A stretch of 64,000 nucleotides of DNA, from contig JAZDPV010000018.1 in the NCBI GenBank assembly GCA_043797265.1, positions 27,082 through 91,081 on the forward strand, written 5' to 3'. This DNA comes from an archaeon (GTDB taxonomy: Archaea; Nanobdellota; Nanobdellia; Pacearchaeales; GW2011-AR1). The translations under genes were made by a program, and so were the position numbers. Of this stretch, positions 56,891 to 64,000 are shown in pieces; within the stretch, counting starts at the first letter, position 1; each line of letters begins with the position of its first letter. Under the pieces are notes generated by a model. That model made no database searches. It saw only the letters and a list, made by a program, of their open reading frames with translations, and was not told the origin of the DNA.

Positions 56891-57472
56891 ATGAGGGAAC
56901 TAACTTTATATGTTGGTGGAGATGATTCTAATCATGCCGGGGAAACAAAGGGGGAAATTATTGTCAGCGCTTTTTCTTTTTTGGATGGAGAGGATGGGAT
57001 TGTTCATCCTGGTAATAAGAGAGATTGTAGCAGGGCATTGTCTTATGTTTCAAAAGAGGGAAGAGATTGGAGATTTACTATCAGGGCTGGGGATCAGCAT
57101 CGACGATGTAGCCAAAATGTTCCAATAATTTTACCGACATTAATAAGTCATTATATTCATAGTATTCGTGATTCCTTGGATGGTGAAGTTGTGAAGGTTT
57201 GTGCATTTGCAGATGGTGAAGTCCAACGCGAAGAAAAAACGAGATTTATTGATGCTATAATGGATATCCCTGAATTTGAATATTTGGAAAGTGTCTCGAT
57301 TTTGGGATTTGTGAAAAAAAGAGTCACGCGTGGTTGTGGATTTTCAAAAAGTTATGAATGCCCGAGATTGGTTTGGGTGGCTGACTCGATTGCGAGCTGG
57401 CTTTTTAGAAATTATTCCATTCAAGATTTATTTAAACATTCTAATATGATTGTTCCTTATGTCGACAAATAG
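56891..57472 (+). CDS. RNase H-fold (DUF3800-like) hypothetical protein
   Basis: VGGDDSN...AFADGE...VADSIASWLF acidic pattern. Confidence 0.5.
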   Translation: MRELTLYVGGDDSNHAGETKGEIIVSAFSFLDGEDGIVHPGNKRDCSRALSYVSKEGRDWRFTIRAGDQHRRCSQNVPIILPTLISHYIHSIRDSLDGEVVKVCAFADGEVQREEKTRFIDAIMDIPEFEYLESVSILGFVKKRVTRGCGFSKSYECPRLVWVADSIASWLFRNYSIQDLFKHSNMIVPYVDK

Positions 57473-57513
57473 ATTTTTATAGTTGATTTGTTTGTTATTT
57501 TTGGAGGTGTTGG

Positions 57514-57771
57514 ATGTTTAAAATTTTGGAAGGTGTGGATCAGTGGATGGTTTTTTCGATGAAGTTGGCGACGATATCTTTCGTACTTATTGTTTTGAAA
57601 ATTTGGGGCGGTGCGATGAGGTGGGTTGTTGATACAAATGTTTGGTGGTTTGTTTTGGCTTTTGTAATTTTTGCGTTGAGGGCAGGGATGGGGACTGAAT
57701 GTTGTAGAAGAAAAATCACTAAAGTAAAAGTTGTCAAAAAAAAGATTGCCAGAAGGAAATCTAAAAGGTGA
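57514..57771 (+). CDS. Small two-TM membrane protein
   Basis: GGAGGTG RBS; two hydrophobic segments; basic tail. Confidence 0.6.
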   Translation: MFKILEGVDQWMVFSMKLATISFVLIVLKIWGGAMRWVVDTNVWWFVLAFVIFALRAGMGTECCRRKITKVKVVKKKIARRKSKR

Positions 57772-58596
57772 TTAATCGTTTAGTGTTTCTATTGGTGATT
57801 TTATTTTTTTGAGTTCTCCCGTCGAGATGTGGGTGTAAATTTGTGTTGTTGAAAGATTGGAATGTCCGAGAAGTTCTTGAATTTTTCTGATATCAATTCC
57901 ATCTTCGAGAAGGTGTGTCGCAAAACTGTGTCTTAAGGTATGGCAATGCACTTTTTTTAATCCAGTTCTTTTTGCGACCGATGATACTATTTTTTGAATA
58001 TTTCTGGTTGAAAGTTTGCCGTTTTGTCCCGTGAATAAATATTCTTCATTTTTTTGTTTCTCGGCTTGATATTGTAAATCTTCTGTTAGAAATTCTGGTA
58101 TATTGAAAATTCTGTCCTTGTTTCCTTTTGCTTGTCTTATGTGCCCTATTTTTTCTGGGAAATTTAAATCTGAAATTTTTAAATTTGTTAATTCGGAAAC
58201 TCTGAATCCGCAAGCGTACATTAGGCTTATCATAAGTTTTGATTTTTCGGTTTTGATTTCATTAATAAGTTTTTTGATTTCTTTTTTTGAAAGAGTTGTC
58301 GGCATTTTATTTTCTTTTTTTGGGCGCTTAATCGTCGCTGTGATGTTGTTGTGGAATATTGTGAAATATGCGTATTTAATTGCGGAAAGAAAAATGGTTA
58401 TTGATGCTGCGGCTTTGTTGGTTAAATTTTCTGAGATGAAAAATTTGACATCTTCGGTTGTTATTTGGTCCGGTTGTTTTTTTGTGAAGTTTATTAAATC
58501 TTGGTTTGATTTTATATAATTTCTTATTGTGTATTTGGAATTTTTCGATATTTTGAGTTCGACTTCAAGTTTTTTTAAAAATTCGTTTGTGTCCAT
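57772..58596 (-). CDS. xerA: XerA-like tyrosine recombinase
   Basis: GFRVSE, KGNKDR, HTLRHSFATHLLE, LGHS.LSTTQIYTH. Confidence 0.9.
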   Translation of the reverse strand: MDTNEFLKKLEVELKISKNSKYTIRNYIKSNQDLINFTKKQPDQITTEDVKFFISENLTNKAAASITIFLSAIKYAYFTIFHNNITATIKRPKKENKMPTTLSKKEIKKLINEIKTEKSKLMISLMYACGFRVSELTNLKISDLNFPEKIGHIRQAKGNKDRIFNIPEFLTEDLQYQAEKQKNEEYLFTGQNGKLSTRNIQKIVSSVAKRTGLKKVHCHTLRHSFATHLLEDGIDIRKIQELLGHSNLSTTQIYTHISTGELKKIKSPIETLND

Positions 58597-58664
58597 TTAT
58601 TTATATTACTGAAGTGTTTATATTTTTTGGGATAAGTTTTTATAGGATAAAATTATATATTTTG

Positions 58665-58925
58665 ATGGATAAAAAAATGTTCAGAGCGATTTGTGCTAGT
58701 TGTGGCGAGGAGTGCGATATTCCATTTGAGCCGACGGAGGGGCGACCCGTTAAATGTGATAATTGTTTTAAGGAGGGGCGAGGAGGATTTGAGCATGGCA
58801 GAAATCGTCGAAGAGATTTTAATGTTGTTTGTGCTAAGTGTGGGCGAGCGACAACTGTCCCATTTAAACCGGTGCGTGGAGACCCTGTTCTTTGTAGAAA
58901 TTGTTTTGGCAAAAAGGTTGCCTAA
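58665..58925 (+). CDS. Tandem CxxC-x17-CxxC domain protein
   Basis: CASCG..IPFEP..GRPVKCDNCF and CAKCG..VPFKP..PVLCRNCF. Confidence 0.88.
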   Translation: MDKKMFRAICASCGEECDIPFEPTEGRPVKCDNCFKEGRGGFEHGRNRRRDFNVVCAKCGRATTVPFKPVRGDPVLCRNCFGKKVA

Positions 58926-59202
58926 TTAGATTTCGTTTAACCGAATAACTATTATATTACTTTATTTATTTTTGGATTATTGAGATTTACCGTCGCTGAT
59001 TTGAATTTTTATAAATTATGTTTTTTGAGAATATTTATGCTCACTTTTTTAAAAAAATGGATTTTGTTAACTCTCACTTTTTGGTTTAATTTTTAATAAA
59101 TTTTGTTGGAATTTTTGGAATTTTAGTGAAAGGATGGGTTTTATTTGGTTTTGTTAAAAAAGTTTATCAGAATGGCTTAAATTTGATGTGTGGTTGTTTA
59201 AT

Positions 59203-59679
59203 TTATTGATTATTGGGGTTATAAAAAAGAAGTTTTTCATCGATTGGTGTGTCAAATCCTTTTTCTTTGAGAATTTGGAAAATTTCGTTACGGAAATTGA
59301 GATTATGAATCATGCGATGATGATTGGGGCAAAGGCCTATAAGGTTTTTTGGGGAATTATTTTTTTTATTGGTGTCTATATGGTGTATGTCGACGATTTT
59401 GTCAAAGTCGCAAATAGCACATTGTTTCGTAACTTTCCTAAAAGTTTTAAGGTCTATATTATTTTTTTTGCGCTGATTATATGCTTTGTTTTTATCGAGG
59501 TGAAAAATGTAGTTATAGCAGCCAGCGCAAAAATTTTTGGCATGGATGTTGATTTTCCGTTTACATCGTCTGCATATTGCAAATTTTGGTTGCCATTTGA
59601 TTTTTTTATAACAAGTGTAGCAAAGCCCCTTGGCGTGATGTTCTTTTTCTTGATTGCAATTGATGCATTTTTTTATCAT
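59203..59679 (-). CDS. HNH endonuclease with N-terminal zinc-finger repeats
   Basis: CINC..HHAKGLCYTCY repeat; CAIC..DIHHID..NN..NL..LCPNHH..IH. Confidence 0.82.
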   Translation of the reverse strand: MIKKCINCNQEKEHHAKGLCYTCYKKIKWQPKFAICRRCKRKINIHAKNFCAGCYNYIFHLDKNKAYNQRKKNNIDLKTFRKVTKQCAICDFDKIVDIHHIDTNKKNNSPKNLIGLCPNHHRMIHNLNFRNEIFQILKEKGFDTPIDEKLLFYNPNNQ

Positions 59680-59751
59680 GTTAAAAAATAGCGTTCGTAC
59701 ATTAAAAACCTTGTGCAAACGGGTTTTTTTCGTTCGTTTTATTATGTAAGA

Positions 59752-59779
59752 ACGGCGTACAATGTATATTATGCGAACT
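59752..59779. promoter_or_regulatory. dif-like Xer recombination site
   Basis: ACGGCGTACAA-TGTATA-TTATGCGAACT: 11-6-11 layout, same 6-bp core as E. coli dif, 1.2 kb from xerA. Confidence 0.6.
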
Positions 59780-59825
59780 TATGGGAAATTTATGGAGAAT
59801 TAATAATTTTGATTTTAAATTGAGA

Positions 59826-60248
59826 AGAAATCTACATCCTTGAAGATGTAGTCTTCCTGATAAGTATTTATTTCTAAACACTTTGTTTTTTATATCGATA
59901 TAAAATGTTTTGGGAGCCAGAGAACGCAAAACTTCTTAAAGCTTGCACTCGACGTTCAGCGACGAGAAACGAAATAAAAATAATCGAATTGAATGTTCAG
60001 CCCGAGCATGTTCATTGTATTGTTCTTATAAAATTCAGTGTTTCAGTGTCGAGAATTTTACAGATTTTAAAGAGCGGTTCTTCGAAATTGTTTTTTGAGC
60101 ACAAAAAAATAAGACTTCAATATCCTCGAGGGCATTTGTGGAGCAGGAGGAAATTTGCGAGTTCTGTTGGATTTGTGCAACTTGACGTCGTGAAGGACTA
60201 TGTTAGAAATCAGTAGGAAACTCCACGCTTTAGTGTGGAGAGTATGTC
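59826..60248 (+). mobile_element. tnpA: IS200/IS605-family remnant with 5'-truncated tnpA (59905-60216)
   Basis: YRYKMF, PEHVH (HUH), LW, VKDYVRNQ; hairpins CTACATC-CTTGAA-GATGTAG (59832-59851) and CTCCACGC-TTTA-GTGTGGAG (60221-60240); ends approximate. Confidence 0.8.
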
Positions 60249-60371
60249 GTTTATATTTACCTGCTCTTCTGACTATTAAATTTTGTTGATATACTTGGAC
60301 GTTGTGCACAAAGGTTAGGTTGATGCAATGATGTTTTAATAAAAAATAAAAATAAAAAATAAAGTTTGTGT

Positions 60372-60563
60372 TTATTTGTTAAAAATTGCTATAATTAAGC
60401 TCAGAATTGCGCCGATTACTACAACCCATCCGGCTATAACTGTTATTATTGCTGGGATTGCTGGGATTGTTAATGTGCCGTCAATCATACCCGAACCGAC
60501 TGCAAGAGCTGATATAATCCCGATTATCCAGGTTAATATCCCAACTAAATTGCCTTCTTTCAT
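60372..60563 (-). CDS. Small two-TM membrane protein
   Basis: AGGAGG RBS; WIIG..LAVGSGM..L.IP, AGWVVV. Confidence 0.7.
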   Translation of the reverse strand: MKEGNLVGILTWIIGIISALAVGSGMIDGTLTIPAIPAIITVIAGWVVVIGAILSLIIAIFNK

Positions 60564-60575
60564 TTTTTACCTCCT

Positions 60576-60869
60576 TTAAAAATTTTTTTTTCTCCCTGTG
60601 ACAAAATGGAAAAATATCATCGTCACAATGAATGATATAAGGAGTGTTATTATGTATGCGTCGGTGAGTAATGTTGTATAGCCGAAATATTCTTTAATTA
60701 AATTTGGGTTTTTAATCAAATCTGGATTTAATGAACAGGCTACCCATTTGTGAATTGGACTTGGTATATTTGGGGCGATTCTACATGGAATAATTGGCAC
60801 GAATATTGATATCATTAATATTGCTATAGAAATAATTCCTGAGTATATTAACTTATTTTTGAATTGCAT
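60576..60869 (-). CDS. Small membrane protein
   Basis: TM-IPC..P..W..CSLNPD..YFG-TM. Confidence 0.65.
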   Translation of the reverse strand: MQFKNKLIYSGIISIAILMISIFVPIIPCRIAPNIPSPIHKWVACSLNPDLIKNPNLIKEYFGYTTLLTDAYIITLLISFIVTMIFFHFVTGRKKNF

Positions 60870-61199
60870 ATTTTTGCATAGTTTTTGAAGTTTATAATTG
60901 TTTGGTCTATTGATTTTTAATATTTTTTGATATGTTTAGACACGAATTTAATGTTTTTTAGTATTCAAATTGTATTAAATTATTATTTAAACGACTGTTT
61001 AAAATTAAATATTTAATTAGTAAAACATTTTTGTTTTTATTGACTATAAAAATTGATGTTTATAGATTAAACAGATTAAAATTTTTGATGTTTAAATGGT
61101 TGTTTTAAAGTGGTTTTGGGGTTAAAATGGTGTTTTTGGGTGTTAGTTGTTTAAACAACGCGAAAGATTTATAAAGAAAGTTGTTTGAATAAATGCAAG

Positions 61200-61802
61200 A
61201 TGTTTGGTTTATTTGGGCACAGAAAAAGAATTAATGAGTTAAAACTTGAGATTCGAGATTCTTTTGATTATGTTAAAAAAGATTTTAATAAAGTTGGTGA
61301 ATGGATTCGACATCTCGACGACAAACATGGTTCTTATGAAAATGAGATTGCTGAAATAAAAAATCAAATTTTAGCTATTCAAGATGATCTAATGGGGCTA
61401 AAAGATTTTGTTTCTTTTTTTAGTTCACAGTGGCCTAGGGGTTTATTTAAACAATCTCGAACAGATGAGGTAAAACAAACGATGGGGGGTGGTGCCCAAT
61501 CACTTGTCCAAACACCCGTTCAAACTAATATTTTAAATAATCTTACAATAATGGAAAGGGCTATTGTTTGGACATTATTAAATTCTGAAATGAAATTAAG
61601 TTATGAGGATTTGGCCACATTACTCGGGAAAGATAAAAGTACTATAAGGGGTCAAATTAATACAATAAGGCAAAAAAATAATGATGTTATTTTAGAAACT
61701 CGTGAAATAAATGGGAAAAAAAGGGTATATATTCCCGATAATATTAAATTTAGTTTAATAAAGGGATTAAAAATTAAAATAAATAAAAAAATTGAAAAGT
61801 GA
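61200..61802 (+). CDS. Coiled coil-linker-winged-HTH protein
   Basis: SFDYVKKD coiled coil; VQTPVQT linker; LSYEDLA.LLGK.KSTIRGQIN.IR. Confidence 0.75.
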   Translation: MFGLFGHRKRINELKLEIRDSFDYVKKDFNKVGEWIRHLDDKHGSYENEIAEIKNQILAIQDDLMGLKDFVSFFSSQWPRGLFKQSRTDEVKQTMGGGAQSLVQTPVQTNILNNLTIMERAIVWTLLNSEMKLSYEDLATLLGKDKSTIRGQINTIRQKNNDVILETREINGKKRVYIPDNIKFSLIKGLKIKINKKIEK

Positions 61803-61984
61803 GAGTTAGAAGTGCGTTTTTTATTTTAAATATTTTGGGATTTCCGAGTTAAAATAAGAAGAGTGAGAGAATTAGATTAGAACTTGCCTAAATATGAGAG
61901 ATTTAGGGTTATATAAATAGAATAATGTGGGATAGAGAGATAGTCGTTTAACCGAACAATTATTTAATTATTAAGAATTATGTG

Positions 61985-62624
61985 CTATAATTTTCGTAAA
62001 TTTTGAATTGTAGATAAAGTGGTTATATTCTTAAGATATTGAGAGATTTTTAGGAGAATAATCTTGTTATTTTTTTTTATTTTTTCGATTGGAATACCCT
62101 TTTTTGTAAGTTTATTGATATAATCACGTATAGATGATTCACTGAGGTTGGTTTGGTTTGCGAGTGTACGATAAGTGATTTCGATATTATTTTCTTCTTC
62201 TAGAGTATAAAGGGTGCTAAAAATAAACATTTCTTGTGGAGTTAAGTGTTTAAATTTAAGTCGAATTCCTTTTTTTATATTATCAAGTGATTCAATTATA
62301 TTATTTACTTGTTTAAATTCGGAAGAAGATGTATTTTGATTTAAATTGTGTGTTTGTTGGTGTGTTTGTTGGTGTGTTTGTTGGTGTGTTGGAACCCCAT
62401 TGCTTCTTGTGGAACTATTTATATTTTGTTGGTATATGCTCTCTATTGGCAAAATATATGTCGGGTTGGTGTGTTGGTGTGTTGGTGTGTTGGTGTGTTG
62501 ATTCTGGGTTATGTGTTGGTTTGGTGTGTTGGTGTGTTGATTGAAATTTTAATTGTAAAATTTCGTTTTTTAAAAATTGTATATCTTCTTTTATCTTAAA
62601 AAAGGCTTCTTTTATTGGATCCAT
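61985..62624 (-). pseudogene. Coiled coil-linker-winged-HTH protein split by a frameshift in a repeat tract
   Basis: N part MDPIKEAF.KIKEDI (62415-62624); C part LTPQE..ITYRTLA...LSESSIRDYINKL..KGIPI (61985-62452). Confidence 0.7.
62348..62540. repeat. 12-bp (TGTGTTTGTTGG) x3 and 8-bp (GTTGGTGT) x4.5 tandem repeats
   Basis: Read directly; perfect 8-mer run at 62465-62500. Confidence 0.9.
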
Positions 62625-62686
62625 ATTTGATTTAAATTGGTGTTGTTTTTATTTTTAATTGTTTTTTAAAATATATTTTTATTATA

Positions 62687-62956
62687 TTATTGATGTTGTT
62701 TGTAAACATTGTGGGCCTTGTTTGAAATGCGCCATCTTTCTCTGCGAGAATATTGAAATCCCTGGGGATTTTTAATGATTTTTATAATTAATTCTTTTTT
62801 TTCGAGTTTTTTTAATAAGTTTTTTGTAAATTCTTCGTCTCGCGCAATTTCTTTTGCTATTTCTGATGTAAAAATTTGTTTTGGGAATATTAAAAAAAGA
62901 TATGATAAAATTTGTTCTGATATTTTTTCAATTTTTTGTTGAGATATTTTTGGCAT
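62687..62956 (-). CDS. Small winged-HTH protein
   Basis: ILSYL...FTSEIAKEIARDEEF..LL..LE, KNPQG..Y.RR.RW. Confidence 0.7.
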   Translation of the reverse strand: MPKISQQKIEKISEQILSYLFLIFPKQIFTSEIAKEIARDEEFTKNLLKKLEKKELIIKIIKNPQGFQYSRRERWRISNKAHNVYKQHQ

Positions 62957-63019
62957 TTGATATTTAGATTTTTATTTAATTATTTTAAGGGTCGCTTGTT
63001 TAATTTAATTTATATTGTA

Positions 63020-63100
63020 CGCCCACACCCCGAATCGAACGGGGATACCCGAAAGGGTCGCGGGTTCGAGCCGCGTGCAATACCATTATGCGATGTGGGC
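63020..63100 (-). tRNA. tRNA-Ser(CGA)
   Basis: GCCCACA/TGTGGGC acceptor, CGCGG-CTCGAAC-CCGCG, long variable arm, G73. Confidence 0.88.
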
Positions 63101-63126
63101 ATATAATATAAAAACAATATCTTTTA

Positions 63127-63537
63127 TTAATTATTTGGTTTTTCTTGAAAATTAACCGTTGGGAATTTGATGTGGATTGGCAACCCAAGCTCTTCTTCTA
63201 TCTCGAATGCTTTTATTGAGGCTTTTTGTATTATTAAATTGGTTATTGTAATATACTCTGGTGTATTAAATTTTTTTTCTTCTTGTAATTTAATAATATC
63301 TTTTATTGTTTTAGTGTTTGAGGATAAAAAAATAATGCCCCCTATTGATATTTTACCTAAATCTAAGTAATCTATATCAAAAATGTATTCTATTTTTATA
63401 ATTTCTTTTGTTTCTTTAATTTTTTCGATTTTTTGTATTTTTATATTGGTTTTTAATTCTATTTTACCATTAAAGTTTGGATTTCTTTCTGCATTTATTT
63501 TTATTATTTTTGAGTTGATTAATTTCATTTCTGTCAT
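63127..63537 (-). CDS. Hypothetical protein
   Basis: 136-aa ORF; KINAER and EELGLP..I.FP motifs. Confidence 0.65.
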   Translation of the reverse strand: MTEMKLINSKIIKINAERNPNFNGKIELKTNIKIQKIEKIKETKEIIKIEYIFDIDYLDLGKISIGGIIFLSSNTKTIKDIIKLQEEKKFNTPEYITITNLIIQKASIKAFEIEEELGLPIHIKFPTVNFQEKPNN

Positions 63538-63572
63538 TTTAGTGTTTAATAAAATTGTTTATAATTTATTTA

Positions 63573-63827
63573 TTATAAAAGATCTTCTTCGGATACTACG
63601 ATAAAATCTCCTACTGCTATAACTGAGTTATATGGTATTAACGCTTCTTTTTCTTTTGTTCTTTCAAGTGATAAGTTTATTGTGTATGTTGTCAAATCTT
63701 TTAAAACTATATGAATTAATTCTCCTGTTCTTGCTTCAAATGTTATATCTTTAACTATACCTAATTTTTTACCTTCTTTTGTGACTATTTGTTTTCCTAA
63801 GAGTGCTTTAAATGGTTTTTTATCCAT
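63573..63827 (-). CDS. PRC-barrel domain protein
   Basis: LLGK.IVT.EG..LG.V.DI.F..TGEL, IPY..V.AVGDFIVV. Confidence 0.88.
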   Translation of the reverse strand: MDKKPFKALLGKQIVTKEGKKLGIVKDITFEARTGELIHIVLKDLTTYTINLSLERTKEKEALIPYNSVIAVGDFIVVSEEDLL

Positions 63828-64000
63828 GGTTTGTTTAGATATAAATTGTTTATAAACTTTTCTTTTAACTTTTATTTATTATAAATAGTAAAATATTGAT
63901 TATTTTTAAAAACGTGACCCTTTGGTTTCTTATGGAAAGTTTTTTAAAAGTTTGTTTAATAATTATTTTTTGTTTAAAGTTTTTATTTATAAATATTTAT

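Noticed and set aside
57772-58596. Integron integrase or prophage integrase
   Set aside because: 274 aa with no evident IntI-specific insertion, no cassette array and no viral genes nearby; fits housekeeping XerA
59188-59691. 167-aa plus-strand ORF
   Set aside because: Antisense to the HNH gene, which has clear motifs
63000-63188. 62-aa ORF
   Set aside because: Overlaps tRNA-Ser(CGA)
1-64000. Stop-codon reassignment explaining the short ORFs
   Set aside because: TAA, TAG and TGA all terminate conserved genes at expected positions, and the bridge ORFs are in a different frame from the upstream gene in the overlap cases

Overview
Window from a small-genome DPANN archaeon, most likely Pacearchaeota/Woesearchaeota-like (inferred from short, divergent archaeal ribosomal proteins and the gene set). 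Layout: (1) 1-11.9 kb S10/spc ribosomal protein operon (L2 end to secY, DUF106); (2) 12-42 kb an AT-rich N-glycosylation and unusual-sugar island (AglH-like, AglB, glycosyl-/methyl-/acetyltransferases, B12 radical SAM, double-SIS isomerase, split transketolase, frameshifted flippase); (3) 42-56 kb secDF, tRNA/5S cluster, ABC transporter and the L21e-rpoF-S13-S4-S11-rpoD-L18e-L13-S9 cluster; (4) 57-64 kb xerA, a dif-like site, an HNH gene, an IS200-like remnant and a convergent pair of repeat-bearing wHTH genes. The most striking observation, read by hand and mostly below the ORF-track cutoff: nearly every spacer inside the housekeeping operons is filled by a hairpin- or tandem-repeat-rich insert that is also a short ORF (8-73 aa). 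Each starts at an ATG overlapping or abutting the upstream stop and ends at a stop overlapping or abutting the downstream start (16 clear cases). This looks like a family of small insertion elements that preserve termination-reinitiation coupling. Also notable: a tRNA-Leu with an AAG (A34) anticodon, duplications flanking both tRNA-Leu genes, and two genes split at simple repeats. Product calls rest on motif recognition; no database searches were run.
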